This document shows, piece after piece, positions 23,621-36,000 of a DNA stretch of 64,000 bases. A model generated the notes under the pieces. That model saw only the letters and a list, made by a program, of their open reading frames with translations. It ran no database searches and had not been told where the DNA came from. A program made the translations under genes and the position numbers. The stretch's first letter is position 1. Each line of letters opens with the position of its first letter. The stretch comes from Lama guanicoe. Its lineage: Eukaryota. The stretch spans positions 1,118,001 to 1,182,000 of the forward strand of contig MU054391.1 in the NCBI GenBank assembly GCA_013239625.1. The letters run 5' to 3'.

Positions 23621-25579
23621 TATTCTTGAAATCTCAAGGTACCTGTTTATTAATTGTGTTTTGGGACATTGACTGTTTTTTTTCTTTGACCTAATTGTTC
23701 ATACATTTATTTTAGGGAAATAATTAAAACAAAATAATTAAATCAAAATACTATGATGCCTACATTTTTTAATACTATTTGTTATATTTAAAGCTTTAGA
23801 AACAACAATAAGTTTCTAGCAATTTAAAAAAAACTACAAATCTAAGGTAAAGAAACCCAATGATATAATATAAATATGAATATTATACTTATGGGAGGGA
23901 AATAAACAAATAATGTCAAGATAATAAAACAAAATGAAATTGCATATTTGCTATTATTAAATCTATGCAAAAAATGAAACAAAAATAAAATCAACTAGGT
24001 TCAGGTGATAAAATTATACATTAGCAATAATCTTTATTAACACTTTGATATTATAATAACACTTCAGAAAAAGAAATGTAAAGAAATATATCGACTAATC
24101 ATCAAAACAGGTAATACTGATGTTTTAAGTGTATTTGGTTCAAATCTCTTTATCTGAGACTTACTGAGCATTGCTCTCTGAACCCTGGTAGAACTTTCTA
24201 AATGCATCACTAGGTCAGATCCTTTCAGGTCAGAAATTTCTTGGAATAAGGGGCATGCTGGGGAGTAAGACCTCAGCAGTACGAAGGAAAAGGAAAGTGA
24301 ACCCGAGGGTTTGGTCGCGGAGAGGAACTGCGTGTAATTACAGGTGAACAGGGCGGATGACGCGGAACTTCTGGAATCAGATCTGGCCTGTGTCCTGAAC
24401 TAGCAGGAATAATTGTGAAGGGTCGTCCTGAACTAAACTCTGTGTGTGATACGCACTGAGCACTCACCATGCGTGCAGAACTGCGCTGCGGGGTAGACGA
24501 GGAAGACACCGTGGCTCCAGGAACCCACGGACACACAGAGGAGCAGAGCCACATGGTCACCGAATTGCTAAAGATCTGATGAATCCCTGACAGGGAACAC
24601 GGCCAGGCCCCACACGGGGGGCGCCCGCAGGAAGGGCCACGGCCCCCCAGAACCGTGGGTCTGGGCAGCTCCAGGGGGACTGGGCTTGCCTGACAACGGA
24701 GACCAGATTCTCAGGCACCACGCCTCTCCTGCCGTCCCCCGTCTCCTCCTCTTGTGGCCTCATTCTCTTAAAACGAAACTGTGCTTTCTTTTTCGTGCAC
24801 TGCCTGCCTCCCACCAGACTGCTGGCCTCTCTCCTCCTGGGGCAGCTCGGGCGCCTCCCTACCTCACTGCCTTAGGGCACCCCACACTCACACCAGGCTG
24901 CGTCCCTCAGTACCTAAAATTTAAGTCCCCTCCTGGGGGCTGGAGCTGTGTTTTCTGTTCAGCATGATCCATTGTTCTGCACAATGTGCATTACAGAGCC
25001 CCACGCAAGGTGGGTAACAGTGCCCCGCGTGCTCGGGGTGGAGCACCGGGAAGCCGGGCCCCCAGCGGGCTCTGACAGTGACCGTGGCCGCAGCACAAGG
25101 GCAGTGTTCAGCCCACCTGTGCTCCCATGATGTGAAGTCATTTAAGGAGGCTTACTAATTTTTAATAGCAAGATGAGACAATGGAATATTTATCCTTTTC
25201 AGCATCTTTTTAAGTTGAAAATTATTCTTGAATCCCCGTTGTGGTGATTAACTAATTAGATCCTCGACATCTCACTTAAGAATGTAAGACAGCGCACACT
25301 CAAGGACTATTCTCAGACCGGAGTATGACTTCAAGTTCACGTAACTACAGGGCAGTAAAACAACATGTGTTCCAAGAACACGGGTCTATCATCGAAGTCG
25401 CCGCAACGCGGCTTGCCTTGTTATACCCGCCTCTCCTAGGTGATTGTACAACGGCCAGGTCGAGGGTGAAGACAGTTCAGCAGCTCACGCACAGGAGGCA
25501 GCACGGCAAACCCTGGGAGAAGTGCCTGGGTAAGCGTCAGGAGAAAGCTGCAGGCTAGAAACGTTTGTAAAGTTATTCA

Positions 25580-25751
25580 GCGTGTGAGCACGTGCGTGTA
25601 TGTGCGTGGGTGTGAGCGTGCGTGTACGTGCATGGGTGTGAGCACGTGCGTGTACGTGCGTGGGTGTGAGCATGCATGTATGTGCATGGGTGTGAGCATG
25701 CGTGTACATGCATGGGTGTGAGCGTGTGTGTGCATGCGTGCGTGTGTGTGC
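25580..25751. repeat. TG-rich ~24-28-bp minisatellite
   Basis: About 6 units of GC(A/G)TGGGTGTGAGCA(C/T)G(TG)CGTGTA(C/T)GT. Confidence 0.9.
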
Positions 25752-26939
25752 AGTTGAGTGCCTGTGTTGAGGCGAGGCTGGGAGAGGAGGTCAGAAGACC
25801 CGCAGTCCTGAAGCAGCAAGGACACGGCTGTTTCCCGTTTTGGCCATTGCACTCCTGTGGTGGGGGGATACACTGCACCCACGTGCCTGCCGTCATTCTG
25901 GTGCCCGGTCAGAATAAGACATTTATAGATAACAAGACCATGCTAGACCGGGAGCACCTGAGCCTCTAAAAACCGGGTTGAGGGGTTCATTTTAACCCCA
26001 AAGTCTTGGAATCACTGGTTTAACGAGGGACAGAGCGATACAGGGACAGAGACAGAGACTGAGGAAGAGAAATTTTGGAGAAATTTGATTAAGAGGAAAC
26101 AAGATCTAGCTGGATTGGACCACATACACTTTTACCAACAAGAAGATTCACGTCTTGCTTGGAGCAGAGGCCACCCTGCACTGGGGCCCGGGGCTTTGCA
26201 GGCACATGGCAGCAGGACCCCAGGCCAGGTGTCCTCGTCCAGGGCACACCTGGTTCAACTGAGGAGGGTGGGAGGGCATGGAACCTCCCCAGCCGCACTC
26301 CTGTGACAACAGAGGGTCAAAAAAACAGGGGAAGCCGCGAGCTTGGTATTCTGCCGTGAACTCAAAAATAAACTTGCCCCGGTGAGTGGGGATAGTTCCC
26401 TATTTACAAAATATCCGGATTTCGTCACATTTTCATAAGCTTTGCTTTTCCAAAATGGCATTGATAAACTTCCTCTTTAACTGGTATCCATAGAGATGGT
26501 CTTAAAAGACCCAAGTGTAACCAACTTATGCACGTAGAGCCCGTCATATGCATGTCGCTCCGAGAGATGGTCTTGACCAAGGATTTCATGGGAAAACACC
26601 TCGCTTCACAGAAGAAGCATTCCAGAGCTTCCTGAGACCTTGAAAGTAGAGTGTTTTTAACAAAAAGAGTTTTTGTGAATTTTATATTGAAGACTCCCTA
26701 AGAATCTGAATTAATGTTGTTGAGCTAAACTGGCTACTGTGAGCAAGGTTACTGTGCAAAGTCAAGGATTCTGAACTCCAGTTGGCCATGAAAATCAGTT
26801 TTAGAACTTAGAAGTTTGGAAGAATCATCAGTTTCATCAAGTTACATTGTTTTATGTGAAGAGCCATAACTTGGGAGGGTTTTTATCAAAACTCACTTAC
26901 CCACTAGTGAAAGCATGAGTCACAGTTATTCAGCATATG

Positions 26940-28660
26940 ATGCAATGATTTTTGGCACACAGAACGCACACCTGTATTCACAGGAACCTTAATTAAGAAC
27001 CTAGGTATAACCAGCAGCCCTGAAGCCACCCCTATGTCCCTTCTCGGTCACTGCTCTGCCTCCATGGTAACCACCGTCCTGACCCAGACACCGCACAGTG
27101 AATTTGCCACTTTCTGGGACGCTCATAATGGAACTGCACAGCGTGCGGTGGCTCCCATCTGGCTCCTTCTGCACCACGTGGAGCCTGTGAGGTTCAGCCA
27201 CGTTGCTGCCTGCAGTTTTGGGGTGGTCATCCTCGCCTCCCTGGATCCCGTGAGTGGCCGTCACAACTATGCATCCTTTGCACCGGTGACCTTCCGGCAT
27301 CTCGCAGTGGGAGCAGTGCCGCTGGGGACTCTGCACCGCAGCCTGGCTGGCTTCCGCCAGAAATGCCAGCGAGCTCTGGTTGCTCCGCGTCTTCGCTGTA
27401 ACTTGGCGCGAGAGGTCTCTTTTCATTCTAACTCTTCTGATAGTTACCAACTGCAAATTTACTTTGCACGCTTCTGATGGCACATGAAGTCAAGCACTTT
27501 TGTATGTTCACTGGCTGTGCTGACTTGCCTTTGTGAAGTGCCCGGTGAGATTGCTCGCCATTTTTCTGTTGGCTTTTTTCTGCTTTTCTTACTGATTTAT
27601 AAAGTCACCCTCTACGTGTCCTGGGTGTGAGTCTTTTGTTGGGTGGATACATCACCAGCAGCCTCTCCTTTTCTACATTATTTGTCTTTCATGCTTTTAA
27701 CGGTCTATTCTGATAAATAGTAATACTTCATCTCTTTTTAGTGAAGTGTGTCAATATTCTGTTTTCAGGCTTTTGTCCTGTTTAGGAAGTCTTTCCAATT
27801 CCAATTCATAAAGATGATCCATCATTTTCCTCTGTAATACTTCTAAATATTTCACTTTTAGATCTGCAGTGCACAAGGGTTTGTTTCTGTGAACTGGCAA
27901 ATTAGGGGTTAATTTTTCCATATTCATGTCCAGTTGATCTAACACAATTAATCAAAAAGGCTCTCGCTTGTCCGCTCCGCTGCAGCCTCACAGGTTTCAT
28001 AAAACCGGGGAGTTTTATGTGTGGGGCTGATTTCTGTGCTCTGCTTTGTTCTGCCGGCTTGTCAGTCTCTCTGACCACTCTGCCTCAACCACCGTAGTTT
28101 GTAGTACATCCTGTTTCCCGGTAGCTTAAGGCCTCCAGTCATGTTCTTGGTCTTTCGTGAGTGTCTTGGCCATTTGCATTTCCATGTGAGTTTTTGGAAA
28201 AGCTTTTTAGTATTCTAAAAAAGTCTGCTAGAATTTTAATTGTAATTGTACTATATTTTATAATATATAATAATTTTATAAATATATTATATTTATAATT
28301 ATAATTGTATTATATCTTCAGATCAGTGAGAGAAATGTTGAAATTAATACAAAACTGATTTTTGCAAGCTATGAGAGCGGTACATTTCTCTATATATTTA
28401 CTGTTTTAATTTTTCTCAGTTACACTGCATACTTTTCAGCATAGAGGTTTTGCATACTTTTGTTTATTTTCATATGTTTGATGTGTTTCAATGCTATTAT
28501 CAATTTTCTACTGTTTATTGTTGCTGTATAGGAATCTGATCAACTTGTGTACATATGATTTTTTAACTAGTAACCTTGCTAACTTGACTTTTAAATTCCA
28601 AGTTTGTCTACAGAAATATTTGAAATTTCTAAACATGTAATCATGGTATTTGCAAAGCAG
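26940..28660 (-). mobile_element. Old L1 (L1ME-like) 3' UTR and ORF2 remnant
   Basis: Antisense L1 phrases: GGTAACCACCGTCCTGAC, CTGGCTCCTTCTGCAC, TTTGTGAAGTGCCCGG, TTTCACTTTTAGATCTGCAGTGCAC, TTGGCCATTTGCATTTCCATGTGAGTTTT. Confidence 0.8.
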
Positions 28661-29344
28661 GGTGGTTTTAACGCACTAAATGTACCAGCTTGATTCTTGG
28701 TGAGGACGTTCAGACGTGAGATGCGGAGTTCACTCTCTCTCCGACCTAGATTTCCTTTTAGACTGCCTTCTCCACTCTGAAAATGCAGGGACCACATGGA
28801 CACACAGAGACACGCCAAGGGTGTCACACCCGCATGTGTCACACACTGTGTACACAGGGCTGAAGAGCACGACAGAAAACAGGCAGGAAAGGTGAGTATT
28901 TACTATGTGAAAATGAGGCGCTGACATTTCTGTTGATAACCTTCTGTGAGCGTGTTTAATTAGACATGCAGTTAAGTTTTACATGTGAAATAAATGATGT
29001 GTGGTCCGACCGAGAACTGCGTGTTAGCAATTTGTGCCTTTGTGAGTTACTTTCGATAGCCACAAGCATGATGATTTAAGGGACTTACCCACATGGAAAA
29101 CATATGCTGTTTCTCGTAAGTGAACAAAATAGCTAATAACTTTATAGTCATTATTACTATTATCATTAATTAAAATGTCTTTTTTGTCTTTTCATATCAA
29201 AGCAATATGAAGAAAACACATGAGAATAATATTTGGTTTGAAATTAAAGAAAACATTTATTGCACTTTTCTCAGAAATAACTGAATATAGCATGTTATGG
29301 GGCCAAGCCACCATAAACACAAAATATTTCATTTAAATAAAGGC

Positions 29345-30837
29345 ACCTTTAAGACACTGATGAAAAAATTGAGGGAGATACAAATGAATGAAAAGACATT
29401 CCATGCTCACGGACTGGAAAAACCAATACTGCAAAAATGTCCACACTGCCCAAAGCAATCTACAGATTCAGCCAACCCCTGTCAAAATCCCAATGGCATT
29501 TTTCACAGAAATAGAACAAAAAAAGTGTGGAAACACAAGTGACCCTGTGAAGCCAAAGCAATCTTGAGAAAGAAGGACAAAGCTGGAGGCATCATGTTCC
29601 CTGACTGAGCTGCAGTAATCAAAACAGCATGGCTTTGAAATAAAAATAGGCACATAGACCAATGGGATAGAAACAGACTCCAGAAATAAGCCCATGACTA
29701 TATGGTCAACTAATTTATGACAAAGGAGCCAAGAATTTACAAAGGGAAAGGACAGGCTTCTGTAAGTGGTTTTGGGAAAAGCTGACCATCACATGCAAAA
29801 GAATGAAACCAGACCACCATGTTACCCTATATACAAAAATTAACTCAAAATGGAGTGAAGACTTTAATGTAAGACCTGAAACCATAAAACTCCTAGATGA
29901 AAATATAGGTGGCAAGACCTTTGACATCAGTCATGGTGACAATTTTTTTGGATCTGATTTTAAAAGCAAAGACAACAAAAGCAAAATAAAGAACGGGAAC
30001 TAAAACGAGCTAAAAAGCTTCTGCACGGAAAGGAAATCATCAACAAAATGAAAAGGCAGCCGACTGAGCGGGAGGAAGTATTTGGAAATTATTTATCTGA
30101 TAAACAGCATGCAAGTGCCTCAAAAAATTAGAAACAGAACTAGAATATGATCCAGCAAATTCCACTTCTGAGTATCTGACAAAAATGAAAACACTAATTC
30201 AGAAAAATAAATGCACCCGCATGTTCACTGCAGCATTATTTATAATAACAATGCCAAGATATGGAAACAACCTACTATCAAAGTATGAATAGATAAAGAA
30301 AATGTGGGGTATATACAATGGAATACTATTCAGCCATACAAAGAGTGAAGTTGTGCCATTTGTGACAACATGAATGTACATTGAGGGCAATATGCTAAGT
30401 GAAATGAGGCAGACAGAGAAAGGCAAATACCATATAATTTCAATTATATGTGGCATTAAAACAAAAACAAAAAACAAGCTCATATACACAAAAAACAGGC
30501 TGGCGGTTGTCAGAGGGTGGAGTGGGGGGTTGGTAAAATGGGTGAAGGGGGTCAAAAGGTAGACACTCCCAGCTATAAAATGAATAAATCCTGGGGATGT
30601 AAGGAGCAGCATGTTGACTATAATTAGTAATGCTGTGCTTGTTTGGCAGGTTTAAGAGAGTAAATCTTATCATCTTATCATGATGAAGTCCTCATCACAT
30701 GGAAAAAAAATGTAACTATGTATGGTGACAGATGGTAACTAGACTTACTGTGGTGACCCTTTTGCAATGTAAACAAATACTGAATTATGTTTTATACCTG
30801 AAACTAATATAATGGAATATGTCAGTTATACCATAAT

Positions 30838-30884
<47 letters not shown>

Positions 30885-30895
30885 GTTTTAAATAA
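29345..30895 (+). mobile_element. L1 (L1MA9-like laurasiatherian) ORF2 3' part and 3' UTR with internal deletion
   Basis: MKPDHHVTLYTKINSKWSEDFNVRPETIKLLDENIG is clear L1 ORF2. The 3' end ACCTGAAACTAATATAATG is followed by an (AAT)n tail. The sequence jumps at ~30105. Confidence 0.93.
30833..30882. repeat. (AAT)n microsatellite in the L1 tail (repeated at 31910-31959)
   Basis: Direct reading. Confidence 0.95.
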
Positions 30896-31340
30896 AATGG
30901 ATGGAACCAGAGGCCTGGGAGGAAGGGTGCACGGCTGCCTGTCAGTCCTGCCCAGCAGCTCAGCTGTGGACCAGGGGTGCTCTTACACTAACTTGTGCAA
31001 GAAGAGAACGGGAGGCTTCCAGTGGTTGCAGAAGGTTGAGTTTTAATGAAGCTGGAGTTTGTCCTTACATGGAGGAAAGTGTAAGCGTTGCACCAGCTTT
31101 CCTGGGCTAGGAAACAAGAAAAAGAAAAAAAAAAAAAGAAGACCCACCATTTCTAAGTTACTGTAAAATTTCATAGTTCTGTTATAAAAAGAGAACATTT
31201 AAATAGGGTGACATCTCCATATTATTCTGGCTGATAGTATATGTTAAAATCACTAGGTTATCTAGCGTCCTTTAAAAGGGTATTTACCCAGAACGTCATT
31301 AGCGTGAAGCGGATACTGTACTTCTTTTTTTTTTTTTTTA

Positions 31341-31914
31341 GAAACAACCTACTATCAAAGTATGAATAGATAAAGAAAATGTGGGGTATATACAATGGAA
31401 TACTATTCAGCCATACAAAGAGTGAAGTTGTGCCATTTGTGACAACATGAATGTACATTGAGGGCAATATGCTAAGTGAAATGAGGCAGACAGAGAAAGG
31501 CAAATACCATATAATTTCAATTATATGTGGCATTAAAACAAAAACAAAAAACAAGCTCATATACACAAAAAACAGGCTGGCGGTTGTCAGAGGGTGGAGT
31601 GGGGGGTTGGTAAAATGGGTGAAGGGGGTCAAAAGGTAGACACTCCCAGCTATAAAATGAATAAATCCTGGGGATGTAAGGAGCAGCATGTTGACTATAA
31701 TTAGTAATGCTGTGCTTGTTTGGCAGGTTTAAGAGAGTAAATCTTATCATCTTATCATGATGAAGTCCTCATCACATGGAAAAAAAATGTAACTATGTAT
31801 GGTGACAGATGGTAACTAGACTTACTGTGGTGACCCTTTTGCAATGTAAACAAATACTGAATTATGTTTTATACCTGAAACTAATATAATGGAATATGTC
31901 AGTTATACCATAAT

Positions 31915-31961
<47 letters not shown>

Positions 31962-32418
31962 GTTTTAAATAAAATGGATGGAACCAGAGGCCTGGGAGGA
32001 AGGGTGCACGGCTGCCTGTCAGTCCTGCCCAGCAGCTCAGCTGTGGACCAGGGGTGCTCTTACACTAACTTGTGCAAGAAGAGAACGGGAGGCTTCCAGT
32101 GGTTGCAGAAGGTTGAGTTTTAATGAAGCTGGAGTTTGTCCTTACATGGAGGAAAGTGTAAGCGTTGCACCAGCTTTCCTGGGCTAGGAAACAAGAAAAA
32201 GAAAAAAAAAAAAAGAAGACCCACCATTTCTAAGTTACTGTAAAATTTCATAGTTCTGTTATAAAAAGAGAACATTTAAATAGGGTGACATCTCCATATT
32301 ATTCTGGCTGATAGTATATGTTAAAATCACTAGGTTATCTAGCGTCCTTTAAAAGGGTATTTACCCAGAACGTCATTAGCGTGAAGCGGATACTGTACTT
32401 CTTTTTTTTTTTTTTTTA
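31341..32418 (+). repeat. Second copy of a 1,077-bp tandem duplication of 30264-31340
   Basis: Identical ORFs at a constant offset of 1077 (30374/31451, 30901/31978), with the same AAT and poly-A lengths. Confidence 0.97.
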
Positions 32419-32553
32419 CATTTTTTATTGATTTGTAATCATTTTACAATGTTGTGTCAAATTCCAGTGTTCAGCACAATTTTTCAGTCATTCATGGACA
32501 TATACACACTCATTGTCACATTTTTTTCTCTGTGATTTATCATAACATTTTGT
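32404..32553 (-). mobile_element. Young camelid L1 3' end, 5'-truncated, with TSD
   Basis: Poly(T) then ACATTTTTTATTGATTTGTAATCATTTTACAATGTTGTGTCAAATTCCAGTGTTCAGCAC. Flanks GGATACTGTACTTCTT (32388-32403) / GGATACTATAGTTCTT (32554-32569). Confidence 0.88.
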
Positions 32554-33525
32554 GGATACTATAGTTCTTCGCGGGGCAGAGTGACTTGGAATGAATCCCT
32601 CGCTTGCACCTCTGTCCGTGGTCCTGAAGTGCCTTCTCAAGGGATACGGCCGTTCAAAGGGAGTGAGGAGGAAAGAAACAAGAAGATAAAGGAGGTGGGA
32701 GGCAGAAAACAGGATAAAAAGGGGCAGTTAGGAAGTAAACCTTCTTAGACGTAGGTGAACGGAACCAGAGTGACTTCAAAAGAGTGAGGAACCTTGTTTC
32801 CCGCTTCTGTCGTTTCCCGTATCTCGCTCTCACATACACCCAGCGCCACAGCCAACAAGGAGGCAGCAAACAGTAGAATATGGATCCCAGTAAAAAACAA
32901 AGAAAACAATAATCTGACCAAATAGAGATACAATAAATAAAAAGTAGTCAGACCTGTGGCAACAGTCAGGCACCACCAGACTACACCTTCTGGCTTATAA
33001 ATTGTTTTCTATAAATTTTCCATCAGATGTCCCTGAAGGCTTGTCATAGAAGGCTGTGAATCTTAAATAATAAAATATATTATGGACAAATAGAACATGT
33101 TATATTTTGTCCATAAAAATAACTGGACATTTGAGGCGTAAGGGAAAAGCCGAAGTTTAAAGACAGAATGTGAAAAAAATGAGTTTTTATTGACTATGAG
33201 CCTTCAGTGTGATATAAATGCCAAGTAAGTTACTGTTCCTTAAGATTTTTTTTTAAGGAAAGTGTAGTGATAACAAAAAAAGGAAGTGATGCCTGCCTGA
33301 CTACTTTGAGGTTGGTCAGGGCCCGTCTCTGGCAACAGCGTGCATTTGGCTAGAAATCAGTAGCAGACCAGAAAGCATGGCGTTTGCGGATGAGGGGAAG
33401 AAGCTGAGGACAAGAGCCGGGGGGAGGGGAGACACATGAGCAGTGGTGCTTGTCGTGAGGAAGACACAGCGTTAGATGTCTCTACTTCTACAGTGGGGAG
33501 AACTAAGACGAATAGTTACAAGACG

Positions 33526-34066
33526 TGTACTAGCCATGGTTCTCCAGAGAAACAGAACCAACAGGATGGATGATGGATGGATGGGTGGATGGATAGATAG
33601 ATAAGTAGGTAGATATGGAGATTTATTATGGAAATTAGCATGTGTGATTATGAAGGCTGAGCAATGTGACTTTCCATCTGCAAGCTGGAGTCCCAGGGAC
33701 GTCCACGATGTAGCTCCAGTCCAAACCCACAGCCCTGAGGACCAGGGGAACCAACAGCAAAAGCCCCGTCCAGGTCTGAAGGCCTAAGAACCCAGAGCAC
33801 TGACGTCCCAGGGCAGGAAAGGGCGGGTGTCCCGGCGTGAGCAAGAGAGAAAACGCACTCCTTCTGCACGTTTTGTTCTGCCGAGGCCCTCGAGGGGCTG
33901 AGCGACGTCCGCTCACACTGGTGAGGACGAGCCCCTTTACTCAGTCCAGCTAATCAATGCTAATCTCTGCTGGAAACGACCTTACACACATTCGGAAATC
34001 ATGTCTTCCCAGCTATCCGGACATGCCCTAGTCTAGTCAACTTGACACATAAAATTTACCGTCACA
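33526..34066 (-). mobile_element. ERVL MLT2 (MLT2B/D-like) solo LTR
   Basis: TGTACTAGCCATGGTTCTCCAGAGAAACAGAACCAACAGGA, an internal GGAT/GATA tract, and the end CTTGACACATAAAATTTACCGTCACA. Confidence 0.92.
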
Positions 34067-34564
34067 GGGCAGTAGTGTGCACCTCAAGGGACAGTCTAAT
34101 AGTCAAAGCCTTCCCACGCTGGAGCGAGCAGCCTTGAGAGGAACGCACACAGATGCCCGTGCCGCAGCCATGACAGTGCAAGCACAGCGCAGACAGCTGA
34201 CTAGGTAAGAGTGGAACTCTACCGCAGCCAGGTGCCGCGACTCAGGGGTACCCGGAGGCTGAGAGGGGCTTTAGTCTCCTCAGCCCAGAAACTTGTGGGG
34301 TTGCTTGTAAATGCACAAAATGGCTCAGAAGACCATTTTCACATTTACCTTTCAATTTTCTTTCAGTCTAAATTTAAATCTCAACTTTTTTTTGTCAAAA
34401 CCATTATTACAGAAAATTACACTGTTCCATCAGTGACTCCTTACTGGCCTGAAAGCTTCCGTACCTTAGAGCTACCTGTCATGTGGGGTGTGCTTTCTTG
34501 AAATCTGATAAAACTCGTGAATTAGTGCCCAAGGAAAAAGGTGCACTTCTCAGCGTGCAACCCA

Positions 34565-34666
34565 GGCACACACACACACAGGCACACACACACAAGGGCA
34601 CGCACACAGGCACACATGCAAGCACACACACACAGGCAAACACAAGCACACACACACAGGCACACA
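34565..34666. repeat. CA-rich tract (CAGGCACACA-type units)
   Basis: Direct reading. Confidence 0.9.
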
Positions 34667-35094
34667 CTATTTTTTGTGCAACTGCAGTAAGTCCACAGAC
34701 CTCCGAAGTCGTGTGGATCCAAAACTCCCAGCTCTACTTTCAGGTTCTCGATATTCAGTAATCAGTTATGAGTTCCTTGGCCAGAAGGAAGAAACAAAGA
34801 GACCTAAAGTCAAGAACTGTGGGCGCCACGAACTGACCAGTCCGCAAGTGAAGGGCCCTGGAGATCCCAACTACAAAGGAGTGATTTACACATAACTGTG
34901 GGGCCTCTGTTTTATATAAAGTGACGTTTGAATTAGCTTCTTCTCCACTTGGCCAAACACTTGTTTTGACGCTGTGTCTCAGCAACCATGTGCCCACTTC
35001 TGACTTTACCGTGATGAAGATGACCGTGGAGCCGTGAGAAGATCAGGTCAGCGAAGCAAGACGCAGAGGCTCAGGCTGCAGGTCTGACCTCACG

Positions 35095-35205
35095 GCTCTT
35101 GGAACTGGACCACGTCTCTCCCCCTCCCCAGCCTCAGTCCCCTCACCTGTGAAATGAGAAGCCTCGAGTAAACGATCTGTGAGGTTTGTCCCAAATCGGA
35201 AACCA
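35095..35205 (+). mobile_element. MIR SINE fragment
   Basis: GCCTCAGTCCCCTCACCTGTGAAATGAG matches the MIR core. Confidence 0.65.
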
Positions 35206-35599
35206 GAAGACGTCACAATCCCAGGTGCCTGCGAGCCCGAGTATGCGGGCTCCCAAAAGAGCGGGTGGACCCGCCCCTACCCGGAGAGGTTTCCACTTTC
35301 GTGCTACCTTGGAAAATTGTTTAGCCTCAGATGAATCTCACTGCCCTTGCTGTGACAAGACAAGAATAACGTACTCATAGCATTTGGTGTGCAGGTTAAC
35401 AGGAAAGTAACTGCAGTCCCCATGGTGTTCAGCACAGACTGGGCACTGAGGCAACAGCAGGCATCAGGACTGGAGTTACTTCTCGTGGCCTGGATGCTCA
35501 GAAAGAGAAGGATCGTCAGAAACAACACCATCTGAGCACAGACGTGGTCTGTTCTGTCTATTCTAAGATACTGACCATCGGAAGAATGACAGTGCACAT

Positions 35600-36000
35600 A
35601 CACACATACTTATATACACGTTTATAAATATACTATATGTGCATTTATGTACATTAACAATGTATATATTTATAGAAATAATCGTGTATCTATTGTGTAT
35701 AAATGTACTATCATTAACAGTATATGTATTTATAGAAATAACTGTATATCTATTGTGCATAAACATACCATGTGCACATTGATATACAATACATTAGCAG
35801 TGTACATATTTACAGAAATAATTGTATACCTATTGTATGCAAATATGCCATATATACATTTATATACATGAATAGTGCGTATATTTATAGGAAAAATTGT
35901 ATACCTATACAAATGTAAATATACTATACATACATTTGTATACAATACTTTAACAATGAATGTATTTATAGAAATAATTGTATATTTAATATATAATCTT
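35600..36000. repeat. AT-rich degenerate minisatellite
   Basis: Core TATTTATAGAAATAATTGTATA recurs five times at about 60-80-bp spacing. Confidence 0.8.

Noticed and set aside
28276..28298. AT hairpin TTATAAATATA-T-TATATTTATAA
   Set aside because: Such hairpins are expected in a TA low-complexity expansion inside an L1.
35600..36000. CRISPR-like repeat-spacer array
   Set aside because: The DNA is mammalian, the repeats are degenerate, the spacers are related low-complexity sequence and there are no cas genes.
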